A stretch of 64,000 nt of DNA from an uncultured bacterium (GTDB lineage Bacteria; Babelota; Babeliae; Babelales; Vermiphilaceae), in assembly GCA_963701085.1 (NCBI GenBank), contig OY969561.1, positions 128,001 to 192,000 on the forward strand, in the 5' to 3' direction. The notes under the pieces are model-generated. The model saw only the letters and a list, made by a program, of their open reading frames with translations. It was not told the DNA's origin and ran no database searches. The translations under genes and the position numbers were made by a program. Below are positions 45,053 to 57,437 of the stretch, one piece after another (the first letter of the stretch is position 1; each line of letters opens with the position of its first letter).

Positions 45053-47134
45053 ATGTCAGTGAAACAATATCCGTTAGAGCGATACAGAAATATTGGTATT
45101 GCGGCTCATATTGATGCGGGTAAGACAACGGTTACAGAACGTATTTTGTTTTACACTGGTATTTCCCATAAAATTGGTGAAGTGCATGAGGGTGAAGCAA
45201 CTATGGACTGGATGGAACAGGAGCAAGAGCGCGGTATTACTATTACTGCGGCAGCAACTACCAGTTTCTGGAAAGATCATCAAATCAATATCATAGATAC
45301 CCCAGGGCATATTGACTTTACTATTGAAGTTGAGCGTTCCTTGCGTGTTCTTGATGGTGTGGTAGCTGTCTTTTCCGGCGTGGAAGGTGTTCAGCCGCAA
45401 TCTGAAACAGTATGGAAACAAGCTAATCGTTATAAAGTTCCACGTATTGTGTTTGTTAACAAGCTTGATCGTATTGGTGCTGATTACTTGCGAACTCTTC
45501 AGGGTATTAAAGCAAAGCTTGGTGCTAATGTTGTTGCGATGCAAATGCAAGTTGGTATGTCGGAAGATTTTACTTCTATCATTGATATTTTGACCCGAAA
45601 AATGGCTGTTTTCAAAGGTGAAAATGGCGAGATTACTGAATGGGTTGATGTTCCGCATGAGTATCAGGACAAGATGGAAGAATTGCATGCTAAGATAGTT
45701 TTGGCAGCATGTGATTTGGATGAAACTTTGGCTGAAAAATATCTCATGGAGGAAGAAATTACGCTTCCTGAAATAAAAGCTGCATTGCGTAAAGGTGTTG
45801 TTGAACTTAAAGTTGTACCAGCTTTTTGTGGATCTGCTTTTAAAAACAAAGGTGTTCAACTTTTGTTAGATGGTGTTGTTGATTATTTACCATCTCCTCT
45901 TGATGTTCCTGCAATCGAAGGTACAAACACCGATACGGGTGAAAAATTTCCTATTACATCTGATCCTAATGGACCGTTTTATGCTCTTGTGTTTAAAATA
46001 ATGGCAGATCCGTTCGTTGGGGTTTTAAACTTTGTTCGTGTTTATTCAGGTGAATTAAAAGCGGGTTCTTATGTGTATAGTGTAAGAACTGGCGAAAAAG
46101 AACGTGTGAGTAGATTGCTTAAAATGCATGCAAACAAACGTGAAGAAATTACCAGTGTAAGAGCGGGTGATATTGCAGCGGTTGTTGGTATTAAAGATGC
46201 GCAAACTGGGGATACGTTGTGTATAGATAAAGCTCCTGTTGTGCTTGAATCTATTACTATTCCGACTCCGGTAATTTCTACTTCTGTTGAGCCGAAAAGT
46301 AAAGCTGATTATGAGAAAATGACTCTTTCATTGCGTAAAATGATGCAAGAGGATCCATCTTTTAGATTTTCTTATAATGAAGAAACTGGGCAAACCGTAA
46401 TTTCTGGTATGGGTGAGTTGCATTTAGAGATCGTTGTTGATCGCTTACGCAGAGAACACAAAGTTGAAGTTGTTCAAGGTAAGTTGCAAGTTGCTTACAG
46501 AGAGACTGTTCTCAAGTTAGCTGATGCAGAAGGCAAATTTGTTCGTCAATCTGGTGGTCGCGGTCAATTTGGTCACGTTTGGATAAAAATGGAACCAATG
46601 GAGCGTGGCAAAGGATTTGAGTTTGTTAATGGTGTTGTTGGTGGGGCAATTCCGAGAGAATTTATTCCTGCTGTTGAAAAAGGTGTTCGTGAAACATTGA
46701 ATGCCGGTGTATTGGGTGGATATCCAGTTGTTGATGTTAAAGTTACCCTGTACGATGGCTCATATCATGATGTTGACTCTTCTGAAATAGCGTTTAAAGT
46801 TGCCGCTTCAATGGCATTTAGAACGGCTATGAATCATGCGTCACCTGTGTTGCTTGAGCCAATTATGATGGTTAACGTTTATACACCAGATGAGCATATT
46901 GGTGATGTTATTGGGGATCTTAATTCTCGTCGTGGACGTATTTTGGACTCTAAAACAGAATTTAATCAGCAAATAATTTCGGCAGAGGTGGCTCTTGGAG
47001 AGATGTTTGGTTATTCAATAACTCTTCGATCAATGACTAAAGGAAGAGCTAGCTATGACATGGAGTTCTTGTGTTATAGAGAAGTTCCTAAAAACGTACA
47101 AGATGCAATAGTTGCAAAGAATAAAAAAGAATAG
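45053..47134 (+). CDS. fusA: Elongation factor G
   Basis: [33 protein letters not shown]. Confidence 0.98.
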   Translation: MSVKQYPLERYRNIGIAAHIDAGKTTVTERILFYTGISHKIGEVHEGEATMDWMEQEQERGITITAAATTSFWKDHQINIIDTPGHIDFTIEVERSLRVLDGVVAVFSGVEGVQPQSETVWKQANRYKVPRIVFVNKLDRIGADYLRTLQGIKAKLGANVVAMQMQVGMSEDFTSIIDILTRKMAVFKGENGEITEWVDVPHEYQDKMEELHAKIVLAACDLDETLAEKYLMEEEITLPEIKAALRKGVVELKVVPAFCGSAFKNKGVQLLLDGVVDYLPSPLDVPAIEGTNTDTGEKFPITSDPNGPFYALVFKIMADPFVGVLNFVRVYSGELKAGSYVYSVRTGEKERVSRLLKMHANKREEITSVRAGDIAAVVGIKDAQTGDTLCIDKAPVVLESITIPTPVISTSVEPKSKADYEKMTLSLRKMMQEDPSFRFSYNEETGQTVISGMGELHLEIVVDRLRREHKVEVVQGKLQVAYRETVLKLADAEGKFVRQSGGRGQFGHVWIKMEPMERGKGFEFVNGVVGGAIPREFIPAVEKGVRETLNAGVLGGYPVVDVKVTLYDGSYHDVDSSEIAFKVAASMAFRTAMNHASPVLLEPIMMVNVYTPDEHIGDVIGDLNSRRGRILDSKTEFNQQIISAEVALGEMFGYSITLRSMTKGRASYDMEFLCYREVPKNVQDAIVAKNKKE

Positions 47135-47163
47135 TTTCTGTGTTAATCGTAGGAGTATAAACG

Positions 47164-48354
47164 ATGGCAAAAGGCGTATTTGAACGTAAAAAACCGCATG
47201 TGAATGTTGGTACCATCGGCCACGTTGATCATGGTAAAACAACGTTGACCGCTGCAATTACCTCTGTTCAGGCTAAAAAAGGTTATGCTGAAGCACGCGC
47301 ATTTGATCAGATTGATAACGCACCAGAAGAAAAAGCACGTGGTATTACCATTGCTACTTCACACGTTGAATATGAAACTGATAAGCGTCACTATGCGCAT
47401 ATTGACTGTCCAGGACATGCTGACTATGTAAAAAACATGATCACAGGTGCAGCTCAAATGGATGGTGCGATATTGGTTGTTTCTGCTGCTGATGGTGCGA
47501 TGCCACAAACTCGTGAACATATTATTTTGGCAAAAGAAGTTGGCGTGCCAGCTCTTGTTGTTTTCCTTAATAAAGTGGACATGGTTGATGATGTGGAAAT
47601 GGTGGATATGGTTGAAGAAGAAATTCGTGACTTACTTAAAAAGTACAATTTCCCAGGAGACACGATTCCAGTTATTAGAGGCTCAGCTCTTAAGGCGCTT
47701 AATGGGGATACAAGTGATCTTGGTGTACCTGCAATTGAGCGATTGATGAATGCTCTTGATAACAACATTCCAGATCCAGTTCGTGAAATTGATAAACCAT
47801 TCTTGATGCCAGTTGAAGGCGTGTTTTCAATTGCTGGTCGTGGTACAGTAGCTACTGGTCGTATTGAAACTGGTAAAGTTAAAGTTGGTGAAGAAGTTGA
47901 ATTGGTTGGTCTTCATGATACAGTCAAAACAACAGTTACCGGCGTTGAAATGTTTAGAAAGCTATTGAATGAAGGTTTAGCTGGCGATAACGTTGGCTTG
48001 CTTCTTCGTGGTACTAAAAAAGAAGATATTGAACGTGGTATGGTTATTGTAAAACCAGGCAGTATTAAGGCGCATAAAAAATTCCGTTGTCATGCATACA
48101 TTTTGACAAAAGATGAAGGCGGAAGACATAGTGCATTCTTAACAGGATATCGTCCTCAGTTCTATTTCAGAACAACAGACGTAACCGGTATTGTTTCATT
48201 GCCAGCTGGCCGTGAAATGGTAATGCCAGGAGACACTGTTGACCTTACGGTTGAATTGATTTCAAAAATAGCAATGGATAAAGATCTTCATTTTGCTATT
48301 CGTGAAGGTGGTAGAACAGTTGGATCCGGTGTTATAACTGAAATTTTAGACTAA
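47164..48354 (+). CDS. tuf: Elongation factor Tu
   Basis: [28 protein letters not shown]. Confidence 0.98.
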   Translation: MAKGVFERKKPHVNVGTIGHVDHGKTTLTAAITSVQAKKGYAEARAFDQIDNAPEEKARGITIATSHVEYETDKRHYAHIDCPGHADYVKNMITGAAQMDGAILVVSAADGAMPQTREHIILAKEVGVPALVVFLNKVDMVDDVEMVDMVEEEIRDLLKKYNFPGDTIPVIRGSALKALNGDTSDLGVPAIERLMNALDNNIPDPVREIDKPFLMPVEGVFSIAGRGTVATGRIETGKVKVGEEVELVGLHDTVKTTVTGVEMFRKLLNEGLAGDNVGLLLRGTKKEDIERGMVIVKPGSIKAHKKFRCHAYILTKDEGGRHSAFLTGYRPQFYFRTTDVTGIVSLPAGREMVMPGDTVDLTVELISKIAMDKDLHFAIREGGRTVGSGVITEILD

Positions 48355-48369
48355 AACGTTAGGTGATCG

Positions 48370-48675
48370 ATGAAAAAACAATGTATTAGGCTTAAATTGC
48401 AATCATTCGATCATCGTTTATTAGATAAAGCGGTCAAACAAATTGTTTTGACTGCAAAAAGAACAGGCGCTCAGTTAATGGGCCCTGTTCCTCTTCCTAA
48501 TAAACGACGATGTTTTACCGTATTGCGGTCTCCTCATATAGACAAAAAATCACGTGAGCAATTTGAGCTAACAACTCATAAGCGTATTCTTGATATTATC
48601 TCTCCGTCAGATAAAACTATGGATTCCCTTATGAAGCTCAATATTTCCTCTGGTGTAGATGTGGAAATTAAGTAA
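48370..48675 (+). CDS. rpsJ: 30S ribosomal protein S10
   Basis: GPVPLP, RSPH..K.SREQFE. Confidence 0.97.
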   Translation: MKKQCIRLKLQSFDHRLLDKAVKQIVLTAKRTGAQLMGPVPLPNKRRCFTVLRSPHIDKKSREQFELTTHKRILDIISPSDKTMDSLMKLNISSGVDVEIK

Positions 48676-48684
48676 GGGTATTAA

Positions 48685-49302
48685 ATGGCAACAGGAATAT
48701 GGGGTCGAAAAATTGGAATGACACAGGTTTTTGCAAATGATAAAGTGGTGCCTGTCACCGCAATTGATGTTGCAGGATGGTATGTCACCAATATAAAAAC
48801 AGTGGAACGAGATGGTTACAATGCTCTTCAAGTGGGCAAAGTGAAAGATCGTTATAAAGCTGAAAAGCATAGTAAAGAGTGGATTAAAAAGCCACATCAA
48901 TATTATAGTTTTGTTCGAGAAATTCCTCTAGAAACAGCGACAACTGATTTTACCGTTGGTAAACATATTGATTTTTCACAATTAGTAAAACTTGGTGAAA
49001 AAGTTGATGTGCGTAGCAAAACAATAGGTAAGTCATTTGCTGGTGTTGTAAAACGTCACAGATTTGCTGGTCCTCCCGCTAGTCATGGTTCAACAATGGG
49101 TAATCGCCCAGGTTCTATTGGTTGCTTGGTGAAAAGCGGCCAGGTTATAAAAGGCAAAAGACTTCCGGGGCATATGGGTTGCGACAATCAGATGATGAGG
49201 AATTTAGAAATAGTCATGGTGGAAGCAGAAACCAAAACGTTATTAGTAAAAGGCTCAATTCCTGGTAAAGCGGGATCATTGGTCTTTGTACGTAAAGCGT
49301 AG
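48685..49302 (+). CDS. rplC: 50S ribosomal protein L3
   Basis: G.KIGMTQ, DGY.A.Q, PASHG, PGHMG. Confidence 0.95.
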   Translation: MATGIWGRKIGMTQVFANDKVVPVTAIDVAGWYVTNIKTVERDGYNALQVGKVKDRYKAEKHSKEWIKKPHQYYSFVREIPLETATTDFTVGKHIDFSQLVKLGEKVDVRSKTIGKSFAGVVKRHRFAGPPASHGSTMGNRPGSIGCLVKSGQVIKGKRLPGHMGCDNQMMRNLEIVMVEAETKTLLVKGSIPGKAGSLVFVRKA

Positions 49303-49309
49303 GTGAATA

Positions 49310-49963
49310 ATGAGTAATAAACAGACGATTAATAATTCCATGACAAATAAGCTACATGCAGTTGCTGCGCAGGAGTTAGATTTTGATACGACTGCATTTA
49401 CAAAGGCAACACCAGCTTCATTTTCAACATGGGTTCGTGTATTAGCTAAAAATTGGCGACAAGGTACGGTTGCGTGTCAGGGGCGTTCAGATGTTGCCTA
49501 TACAAATCGTAAGCCATGGAAGCAAAAAGGAACAGGACGTGCGCGTGCTGGTTCTGCGCGATCACCACTTTGGAAGGGTGGCGGTGTTATTTTTGGTCCG
49601 CAAGCCCGTGTAAGAACAGTAAAAATGGGCAGACAGATAAAACGTAAAGTTTTGTTGTCCATGCTGGTGAATAATCTTGATCAAAAAAATGTAGTTTGTG
49701 CTGATTGGGAGCTTTCTAGTGAGCAACCAAAAACGGCCCAAGCTCAAGAGCTTGTGAATACTGTGGGGCTTGCAAACAAAAAGATTATTTTGTTTGTTGC
49801 GCCTTATGATTTTCATTCAGCTTTATCATTTGCGAACATTCCAAATGTTCGTCCTTTATCATTTGATCAGGCAAATGCATATGATCTAGCCAATAGTGAC
49901 TGCTGGTTGTTTTTGAAAAAGGATTTTGATCACTTCAAAGAAATGGTGTCACAATGGGTTTAA
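49310..49963 (+). CDS. rplD: 50S ribosomal protein L4
   Basis: KPWKQKGTGRARAGS.RSP.W.GGG..FGP. Confidence 0.95.
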   Translation: MSNKQTINNSMTNKLHAVAAQELDFDTTAFTKATPASFSTWVRVLAKNWRQGTVACQGRSDVAYTNRKPWKQKGTGRARAGSARSPLWKGGGVIFGPQARVRTVKMGRQIKRKVLLSMLVNNLDQKNVVCADWELSSEQPKTAQAQELVNTVGLANKKIILFVAPYDFHSALSFANIPNVRPLSFDQANAYDLANSDCWLFLKKDFDHFKEMVSQWV

Positions 49964-50283
49964 ATTTAAATATACATGAGATTATTAAAGGACCGGTTGT
50001 TTCAGAAAAAGCAACATTGCTTAATCAGAAATTAAATAAATTGGTTCTAAAAGTACATCCACAAGCAAATAAAATGCAGATTAAAGAAGCATTGCAGCGT
50101 TTGTTTAATGTTAAAGTAGAAAAAGTGAACACTTTAAATCGTGTAGGCAAATCTCACAGAGTGCGTCGTACGATTATAGAGGGTTCAACAACAAAACGTG
50201 TTTTTGTAACTCTTAAAGAAGGTTATTCTATTGACATTTTTGGTCAAAAAGGAAAACCTGCTGCACCAAAAGATGCAGAGTAG
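49954..50283 (+). CDS. rplW: 50S ribosomal protein L23
   Basis: P..SEK, ANK..IK.A...LF.VKV..VNT. Confidence 0.95.
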   Translation: MGLNLNIHEIIKGPVVSEKATLLNQKLNKLVLKVHPQANKMQIKEALQRLFNVKVEKVNTLNRVGKSHRVRRTIIEGSTTKRVFVTLKEGYSIDIFGQKGKPAAPKDAE

Positions 50284-50334
50284 AGTTAACGCGTTTTTTT
50301 TTAAGTTTTTTAATGAGAAAGATACAGGGCTCCA

Positions 50335-51162
50335 ATGGCCATAATAAAACGAAAACCACGAAATTCTTCACTGCGCTTTCAATCGTTTGTAAGCTCAAGT
50401 GATATTACGACAACAACACCACACGCAAGTTTGGTTACTGGATTGCAAAAAAGATCCGGTGGTCGTAATACCTATGGAAGAATCACAACGCGTCACCGTG
50501 GTGGCGGTGCTGATAAAAAATATCGCATTATTGATTTCAAGCGTACGGATCGTGACGTTTTGGGTAAGGTTACTACAATTGAATATGATCCAAATCGTAA
50601 TGTTCGTATTATGCTTGTTTCATATGCTAATGGTTCAAAAAAATACTTGCTTAAGCCAGAGAATATTACTGTAGGCGATACAGTTACGGCAAGTGAGACA
50701 GCTGATGCCAAAGTTGGTAATGCGATGCCTCTCAAAAATGTGCCAGATGGATTTATGGTTCACAATGTTGAAGTTCGTCCAGGATCAGGCGGAACGTTTG
50801 CGCGTAGTGCGGGTGTTTCTGCTCAAATCGTTGGTAAAACTGATGGTCTTGTGACCTTGAAAATGCCTTCAGGCGAAATTCGTATGGTGCTTGATGGATG
50901 TTGGGCAACTATCGGACAGCTTGGCAACGCTGATTTTAAGAATATTACATGGGGTAAAGCCGGTCGTATTAGACATTTAGGATTTAGGCCTTCCGTTCGT
51001 GGTATGGCTATGAATCCAGTTGACCATCCCCACGGTGGTGGTGAAGGTCGATCTAAGTCTGGTTCGCATCCAAGAACTCCATGGGGTAAAGGTTGCAAAG
51101 GTACACGTACGCGCAGAGTGCGTAATGTGAATCATTTAATTATAAAGAGAAGAAAACCATAA
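50335..51162 (+). CDS. rplB: 50S ribosomal protein L2
   Basis: EYDPNR, AMNPVDHPHGGGEG. Confidence 0.97.
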   Translation: MAIIKRKPRNSSLRFQSFVSSSDITTTTPHASLVTGLQKRSGGRNTYGRITTRHRGGGADKKYRIIDFKRTDRDVLGKVTTIEYDPNRNVRIMLVSYANGSKKYLLKPENITVGDTVTASETADAKVGNAMPLKNVPDGFMVHNVEVRPGSGGTFARSAGVSAQIVGKTDGLVTLKMPSGEIRMVLDGCWATIGQLGNADFKNITWGKAGRIRHLGFRPSVRGMAMNPVDHPHGGGEGRSKSGSHPRTPWGKGCKGTRTRRVRNVNHLIIKRRKP

Positions 51163-51179
51163 GGTTAACGGGGTAAGAT

Positions 51180-51461
51180 ATGGCACGGTCTGCAAAGAAG
51201 GGTCCATACGTACAAGATTCGTTGGCACAAAAAGTTGCTAAAGCTAAGGATGGTGGAAAACGCGAAGCTATTAAAACATGGTCTCGTAGAAGTTTAATTA
51301 CACCTGAATTTGTTGGATTGACTTTTGCAGTACACAACGGAAAGAAATTCATTTCAGTTTTTGTGACTGAAAATATGGTTGGACACCGTTTAGGGGAATT
51401 TTCCCCAACAAGGACCTTTAGATTACATAGTGGTCAGCGCAAAGCTGGTATGACCGCGTAA
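51180..51461 (+). CDS. rpsS: 30S ribosomal protein S19
   Basis: [23 protein letters not shown]. Confidence 0.97.
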   Translation: MARSAKKGPYVQDSLAQKVAKAKDGGKREAIKTWSRRSLITPEFVGLTFAVHNGKKFISVFVTENMVGHRLGEFSPTRTFRLHSGQRKAGMTA

Positions 51462-51558
51462 GTTTAAGGTTGTCACTTGTTAATCTTTACGATACAATAA
51501 GAATAAGGTTCAAGCGATATAGATATATGAATCTTAAGTAACTAGTTGAGGTTTGCTG

Positions 51559-51906
51559 ATGCAATTTAGCGCAAAAAATAGATTTTTAGGTATTTCTCCC
51601 TTTAAGTTACGTCCATTTGCAGATGTGGTTCGTGGCAAAAATGTGGAGCAAGCAATTAGATGGCTTTCCACGGTAACGGTAAAGCGCTCAGTGCCAATCA
51701 GAAAAATGATTGAATCGGCAGCAGCTAATGCTAAGGATCTTCATAATATTGCTATGTCTGATTTAAAAATTACTGATATACGTATTGATGGTGGTCCTAT
51801 GTATAAATATTACAAACCGGGAGCAATGGGTCGGTCAAATCCTTATCGTAAGAGATTCAGCCATGCAAGTGTTATTTTAGAACCTTGTACAAAGAAGAAG
51901 GATTAA
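51559..51906 (+). CDS. rplV: 50S ribosomal protein L22
   Basis: ISP.K.R..AD.VRGK, SA.ANA; operon position. Confidence 0.93.
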   Translation: MQFSAKNRFLGISPFKLRPFADVVRGKNVEQAIRWLSTVTVKRSVPIRKMIESAAANAKDLHNIAMSDLKITDIRIDGGPMYKYYKPGAMGRSNPYRKRFSHASVILEPCTKKKD

Positions 51907-51907
51907 G

Positions 51908-52546
51908 GTGGGACAAAAGGTACATCCTATAGGATTTCGTTTAGGAATATATCGTTTTTGGGATTCTCGTTGGTTTGCTCAGGGCAATAAGTATGGTAAA
52001 CTTCTTATAGAAGATATGACCATCAGAAGATATTTGAAATCTGCTCTTGAAAAAGCCGAAGTGTCTCGTATTGAAATAGAAAAAGCAGCAGACAGTATTC
52101 GTATTATTATTCACTCAGGTCGTCCTGGTCATGTTATTGGTAAGAAAGGTCAAGAAATTGAAACCCTTCGCAACCAGCTTTCTGCTCTGTTGAAAAAACA
52201 AAATATTGAAATTTCAGTACAAGAAGTAGCCAAGCCAGAGCTCGATGCTGTTTTGATAGCTCAAAATATAGCAACACAGCTTGAACAAAGAGTGAGTTAT
52301 AAGCGAGCTATGAAGCGAGCTGCTCAAACAGTTATGCGTGGTGCGGCTAAAGGTATAAAAATTTGTTGTTCTGGCAGACTGCAAGGCGCTGAGATTGCTC
52401 GTAGAGAGTGGACTCGCGTTGGATCTGTTCCTCTTCATACATTGAGAGCTGACATTGATTACGGTCGAGCAGAAGCAAAAACAACTTACGGTATGATTGG
52501 TGTTCAGGTTTGGGTGTGTAAAGGCGAGTATCAACATATCCGATAA
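51908..52546 (+). CDS. rpsC: 30S ribosomal protein S3
   Basis: [38 protein letters not shown]. Confidence 0.97.
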   Translation: MGQKVHPIGFRLGIYRFWDSRWFAQGNKYGKLLIEDMTIRRYLKSALEKAEVSRIEIEKAADSIRIIIHSGRPGHVIGKKGQEIETLRNQLSALLKKQNIEISVQEVAKPELDAVLIAQNIATQLEQRVSYKRAMKRAAQTVMRGAAKGIKICCSGRLQGAEIARREWTRVGSVPLHTLRADIDYGRAEAKTTYGMIGVQVWVCKGEYQHIR

Positions 52547-52571
52547 TGTTTTTAAAATACGAGATTAAATT

Positions 52572-53011
52572 ATGTTGATGCCAAAAAAAATAAAATTTAG
52601 AAAAGTTCAAAAGGGTAAATTAAAAGGTTTATCAAAGGGTGCTCGAACAGTTTACTTTTGGGGAATATGGTTTAGAAGCGGTTGAACCAAGTAGAGTTGT
52701 CGGCACAACAAATTGAAGCGATGCGTGTAACGTTGTCGCGTCATTTGAGAAAAATTGGTGAATCATTTCTCCGAGTTTTCCCTGATAAACCAGTTACCAA
52801 AAAACCTGCCGAAACCCGAATGGGTAAAGGTAAGGGGAATCCAGAAGTTTGGGTTGCTGCGGTAAAGCGGGGCCGTATTGTATGTGAAGTTTCTGGTGTT
52901 GATGAAGTGTTGGCGCGAAAAGTGTTGAAGCTTGCTGCATATAAGCTTCCAATGAAAACACGCGTGGTTAAAAAAGGCCAGGAATCAGTCAATAAAAAAG
53001 GCCAAGAATGA
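52572..53011 (+). CDS. rplP: 50S ribosomal protein L16, frameshifted near 52650-52680
   Basis: [11 protein letters not shown] at 52572; [17 protein letters not shown] in another frame. Confidence 0.9.
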
Positions 53012-53048
53012 ACCAATGATCACGAAGTAACTATTTAGAGTTGATGCT

Positions 53049-53267
53049 ATGAAACAAATGGGATTTATGCAGAAGATTCAACAATTATCGGTTGAAGATT
53101 TGCAAAAAAAGTTGGATAGTACAAGGCAAAATCTTTTTGGGTTGCGCATTAATTCGGCGTCAACACAGGTTAAAGATTATTCTCAGTACAAAAAACTACG
53201 CAAACAGGCCGCACGCATTTTGACTGTTATGCAGTCAAAAGTAGCTGGGTCTATGGTGAGCAAATAA
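53049..53267 (+). CDS. rpmC: 50S ribosomal protein L29
   Basis: LF.LR...RK..ARILT; operon position. Confidence 0.9.
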   Translation: MKQMGFMQKIQQLSVEDLQKKLDSTRQNLFGLRINSASTQVKDYSQYKKLRKQAARILTVMQSKVAGSMVSK

Positions 53268-53530
53268 TGAATGAGGTTTCCATGGAAATAAAAGCTGAAA
53301 AAACAAAACAGCTTTTTGAAGGCAAGGTTGTTTCTGACAAGATGGATAAAACTATTGTTGTTGAAACGGAGCAAACATATATTCATCCTAAGTTTCGTAA
53401 GATTTTAAGAAAAACAAAATCTTACAAAGTTCATGATGAAAAAAATGAAGCAAAAATTGGTGATGTTGTTAGATTCTATCAATGTCGTCCATTGGCAAAA
53501 ACAAAATATATGTATCTTGCTCAATCGTAA
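53267..53530 (+). CDS. rpsQ: 30S ribosomal protein S17
   Basis: G.VVSDKMDKTIVV, HDE.N, RPL.KTK. Confidence 0.95.
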   Translation: MNEVSMEIKAEKTKQLFEGKVVSDKMDKTIVVETEQTYIHPKFRKILRKTKSYKVHDEKNEAKIGDVVRFYQCRPLAKTKYMYLAQS

Positions 53531-53565
53531 CTGGTAGTAAATCATAAAACAAGAGGTATTTTGGT

Positions 53566-53931
53566 ATGGTTCAAAAAGAATCGTATCTTGAGGTAGCTGA
53601 TAATTCTGGCGCAAAAGCATTACAGTGTATCCATATAATTGGTAGCACGCGCAAGCGCTATGCTTATTTAGGTGATACTATTAAATGCGCAGTAAAAAAA
53701 GCTATTCCAGGTGGCATGGTAAAAAAAGGTGATGTTGTTGAGGCGGTAATTGTACGAACAAAAAAAGAATTTCGTCGTGCAGATGGCAGTTATATTCGTT
53801 TTAGCGAGAATGCAGCTGTTATTATTAAGCAAGGTGAAATAATTGGAACGCGAATTTTTGGTCCAATTGCGCGTGAATTGCGAACGCGTGGATATGCTAA
53901 AATTTCGTCTTTGGCTCCAGAAGTTTTGTAA
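53566..53931 (+). CDS. rplN: 50S ribosomal protein L14
   Basis: VADNSGA, GTRIFGP.AREL, SLAPEVL. Confidence 0.97.
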   Translation: MVQKESYLEVADNSGAKALQCIHIIGSTRKRYAYLGDTIKCAVKKAIPGGMVKKGDVVEAVIVRTKKEFRRADGSYIRFSENAAVIIKQGEIIGTRIFGPIARELRTRGYAKISSLAPEVL

Positions 53932-53945
53932 TAAAGGTATTATTC

Positions 53946-54261
53946 ATGATAGCGCGCATTAAGAAAAATGACATAGTACATGTCTTGTCGGGAAAAGATA
54001 AAGGAAAGCAGGGCGCTGTAATTGCAATTTTGCCTAAAAAAGGTAAAGTTATGGTTAAGGGTGTTGCTGTTGCTACACATCATGTGAAGCCACGTCGAGC
54101 AGGAGAACCTGGTGGCATTCGTAAAGAAGAAAGTTTTATTGACATGTCTCATGTTATGCCGGTTTGTTCTTCATGTAAAAAGCCATCTCGTGTTAATAGC
54201 AAAGCAGTTAGACACGGGAAAAAGTGCGCGAGTGTGCAATCGGTGTAAGGAAATTTTTTAG
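53946..54261 (+). CDS. rplX: 50S ribosomal protein L24, apparent frameshift near the 3' end
   Basis: KK.D.V.V.SGKDKGK.G; the C-terminal RVC.RC lies in a shifted frame. Confidence 0.9.
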
Positions 54262-54282
54262 AAAAGCAGTGGAACTTGCATT

Positions 54283-54826
54283 ATGAACAAATCACGATTG
54301 GCGATAAAATATAATGATGAAATCCGTCCTCAGTTGCAAAAGCAACTTGGCTTTGGATAACATCATGATGGTGCCTAAACTTTTAAAAATTGTTTTAAAT
54401 GTTGGTGTAAAAGAAGCTGTTTCTGATTCAAAGGCACTTCAGGAATCAGTTGACGTATTGGCAAAAATTGCAGGTCAGCGCGCCGTCAAGCGTCTGGCTC
54501 GTAAATCTATAGCAGGATTTAAATTCGTGAAGGCATGGCGATTGGTGCGATGGTAACATTGCGCGGGACCATGATGTATGAGTTTTTAGATCGCCTTATT
54601 ACTTTAGCATTGCCTAAAGTACGAGATTTCCAAGGTCTTCCAACCAAAATTAGATGGAAGAGGTAGTTACAATATTGGAATAAAAGATTGGACTATTTTT
54701 CCTGAAGTTGAGTTTGAACTTGGAAAAAAAACGCATGGTATGAATATCACTATCCAAACATCTGCCCATAAAGATGAACATGGATTGGCGTTATTGCAAG
54801 CGTTTAATATGCCATTTAGAAATTAA
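54283..54826 (+). CDS. rplE: 50S ribosomal protein L5, several frameshifts
   Basis: VP.L.KIV.N.GV, A.KSIAGFK, VTLRG..MY.FL.RL, LP.VRDF.G and IFPE occur in successive frames. Confidence 0.9.
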
Positions 54827-54856
54827 AAAATTAAGTGCATTTATGTCAGGATTAAG

Positions 54857-55042
54857 ATGGCAAGAAAAGCATTAATTGAGAAAACAAATAGAACACCAAA
54901 ATTTGCAGTTAGAGCGTATAATCGTTGTGAGCTTTGCGGTCGTGCGCGTGCATATTTTAGGTTGTTTAGAATGTGTCGTATGTGTTTTAGAAAAAATGCG
55001 CTAGAAGGATTACTTCCAGGCGTTAAAAAAACAAGTTGGTAA
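54857..55042 (+). CDS. rpsN: 30S ribosomal protein S14, zinc-binding type
   Basis: 61 aa; RCxxCGR...CRxCFR...PG..K.SW. Confidence 0.95.
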   Translation: MARKALIEKTNRTPKFAVRAYNRCELCGRARAYFRLFRMCRMCFRKNALEGLLPGVKKTSW

Positions 55043-55053
55043 AGGGGTGACTA

Positions 55054-55452
55054 ATGTCAGTTGATTCAATTGCTGATTTTATAACAATCATCCGAAATGG
55101 TGTAATGGTTTCTAAGTCATTTGTTACTGCGCCATATTCAAAAATGCGTCATTCTATTGCGCAAATTTTGAAAAGTGAAGGTTTCATTCATGATTTTGTA
55201 ATTGTTAATACAGATTCAGATGTAAAAAAAATGCTCAAAGTTGTTTTAAAGTATGTTGATGGTGAAGCTGCAATTCATCAAATTCAACGAGTGAGTAAAC
55301 CGGGGCGTCGTGTGTATGCTGGCAGCCAAAAAATTAAGCCGGTTATTGGGCAACTTGGTATATCAATATTAACAACAAGTCGTGGTGTCATTGCTCATCA
55401 GAAAGCAAAAAAACTTTCTGTGGGTGGTGAAGTCATTTGTACCGTTTGGTAA
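55054..55452 (+). CDS. rpsH: 30S ribosomal protein S8
   Basis: D.IAD..T.IRN, SKPGRRVY, TS.G, GGE. Confidence 0.97.
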   Translation: MSVDSIADFITIIRNGVMVSKSFVTAPYSKMRHSIAQILKSEGFIHDFVIVNTDSDVKKMLKVVLKYVDGEAAIHQIQRVSKPGRRVYAGSQKIKPVIGQLGISILTTSRGVIAHQKAKKLSVGGEVICTVW

Positions 55453-55464
55453 AGGAATACGCAC

Positions 55465-56029
55465 ATGTCAAAAATTGGTAGAAAGCCGATAAAAATCGAT
55501 GGTGTTAAGGTAGAGATTAAAGGTCATGAGGTTCATTATAAAGGACCAAAGGCTTCTGGTGTTTATCATTTACCTTTAGAATTGGATGCGCAGATTAAAA
55601 ATACTGAATTGTATGTACTCCTACTCATAGCAGAGATGATATCGACAAAAAACAGTTGCGTAATATTTATCGCGAATGGGGTCTTCATCATGCGTTGCTC
55701 GCAAATGAATTGACTGGTGCATCTAAAGAATTTGAAAAATTACTTGAAATTAATGGTTTGGGTTATAAGGCAGCACTTGCTGGTAAAAAAATTATTTTGA
55801 CTCTTGGCTATAGCCATAAAATTGAAAAAGATGTACCTGCTGGCATATCTGTTGAAATAGATAAATCTGGTCAAAAAGTAAAAGTAAAATCTTTTGATAA
55901 GAGTCTTGTAGGACAGTTTTGCAGTGAAATAAGAAGAATTGCGTAAGCCAGAGCCATATAAAGGTAAAGGTATTAAACTGCAAACAGAAGTTATTTTCCG
56001 TAAATCTGCCGGCAAAGGTAAGAGAATAA
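55465..56029 (+). CDS. rplF: 50S ribosomal protein L6, several frameshifts (end approximate)
   Basis: MSKIGRKP, G.GYKA, LGYSH and PEPYKGKGI are spread over three ORFs. Confidence 0.9.
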
Positions 56030-56043
56030 AGCGTAGGAATATG

Positions 56044-56401
56044 ATGGCTATACATAAAAAAGATCGAATTACGCGCAGCTCGCAGAGCATTGCGTGTTCG
56101 CGCAAAAGTGAAACGTTATGGTATGCCGCCACGCGTTTCAGTTTTTAGAAGTTTGAAGCATATGTATGCTCAGATTATTGATGATATGAATCAACATACT
56201 ATTGCTTCATGTTCTTCACTTGAAATGGACAATGTGACAGGTGATAAGAGTGCAATGGCACATGCAATTGGTCTTGAGCTTGCAAAGCGTGCAAAGGCAA
56301 AAGGTGTTGATGCGGTTGTGTTTGATAGAGGTCGCTTTAAATTTCATGGTAGGGTGAAAGCCCTCGCTGACGGCTTGCGTGAAGGTACATTGAAGTTTTA
56401 G
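56044..56401 (+). CDS. rplR: 50S ribosomal protein L18, apparent 5' frameshift
   Basis: PR.SVFRS.KH.YAQII, VVFDRG...HGRV.ALA. Confidence 0.9.
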
Positions 56402-56424
56402 TAGATATAGCAGGAAATTAAAGT

Positions 56425-56964
56425 ATGACAATGAATAGAGAAAAAGAAGTCAACAGAGAAGACAGCAGAGATAAAAAGGATTCTGCTTTTATTGATCACG
56501 TGGTAAGTTTACGTCGTGTTACCAAGGTTACTAAAGGTGGAAAACGTTTTTCATTTGCTGCTTTTGTCGTTTCTGGTGATAAACAAGGCAAGGTTGGACT
56601 TGGTCTTGGTAAAAGTCGCGAAGTTTCTATGGCCATTGCAAAAGCTACTAATAGAGCTCGTAAAAGAATGATTGAAGTTGCTCGACGTGGCTCAACTATT
56701 CCTTATGATGCAGTAGGTAAGCATGGAGCAAGTAGAGTTGTTGTTCGTCCGGCATCTAAAGGTACCGGTAATATTGCTGGTGGAGCTGTGCGTGCTATAA
56801 TGGATGCGGCAGGGGTTGAAGATGTTTTAACTAAGTCTGTCGGGTCTAGTAATGGTATTAACGTAGCAAAAGCAACAATGAATGCTTTGGCGCAATTACG
56901 TTCAGCAGATCGTTTGGCTATGTTGCGTGGAAAAACAGTTCAAGAATTGATCAAAGGATCGTAA
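56425..56964 (+). CDS. rpsE: 30S ribosomal protein S5
   Basis: RVTKV.KGG.R..F, PA..GTG.IAGG. Confidence 0.97.
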   Translation: MTMNREKEVNREDSRDKKDSAFIDHVVSLRRVTKVTKGGKRFSFAAFVVSGDKQGKVGLGLGKSREVSMAIAKATNRARKRMIEVARRGSTIPYDAVGKHGASRVVVRPASKGTGNIAGGAVRAIMDAAGVEDVLTKSVGSSNGINVAKATMNALAQLRSADRLAMLRGKTVQELIKGS

Positions 56965-57434
56965 TGTTTAGCTTAGACAATTTGCAATCATCTGGAAAAA
57001 AACGAAAAAGAGTTGGTCGTGGCGGAGCGCATGGTGGAACATCTGGTCGCGGTCATAAAGGACAAAATGCTCGTTCAGGCGGTCCAAAAGGTCGTGGATT
57101 TGAGGGTGGACAAACTCCATTGCAACGTCGACTTCCAAAGCGTGGATTTACTAATGCTAAGTTTTCTAAAGAAGTTTCATTAGTGAATTTAAGCAGTTTA
57201 GAGCGAGCATTTGTTGACGGTGAAGAAGTAAATGTTCAGGTACTCACTCAAAGAGGTCTTATAAAACCTAAAAAAAGTGAGCAACGTGATTTAAAAAAAG
57301 GAACTATTGTTAAAATACTTGGCGATGGTGAATTAAGTAAGAAATTAACAGTTTCTGCTTATGCATTTAGCGCTTCAGCGATTCAAGCAATAGAAAAAGT
57401 TGGTGGTAAGGCACTTATAATAAAGGAGTTGTAA
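56964..57434 (+). CDS. rplO: 50S ribosomal protein L15
   Basis: [31 protein letters not shown]. Confidence 0.97.
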   Translation: MFSLDNLQSSGKKRKRVGRGGAHGGTSGRGHKGQNARSGGPKGRGFEGGQTPLQRRLPKRGFTNAKFSKEVSLVNLSSLERAFVDGEEVNVQVLTQRGLIKPKKSEQRDLKKGTIVKILGDGELSKKLTVSAYAFSASAIQAIEKVGGKALIIKEL

Positions 57435-57437
57435 ATA

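Noticed and set aside
45074-45859. 261-aa ORF antisense to fusA, and similar antisense ORFs across the ribosomal cluster
   Set aside because: Expected by-product of codon bias in highly expressed genes; no recognisable motifs.
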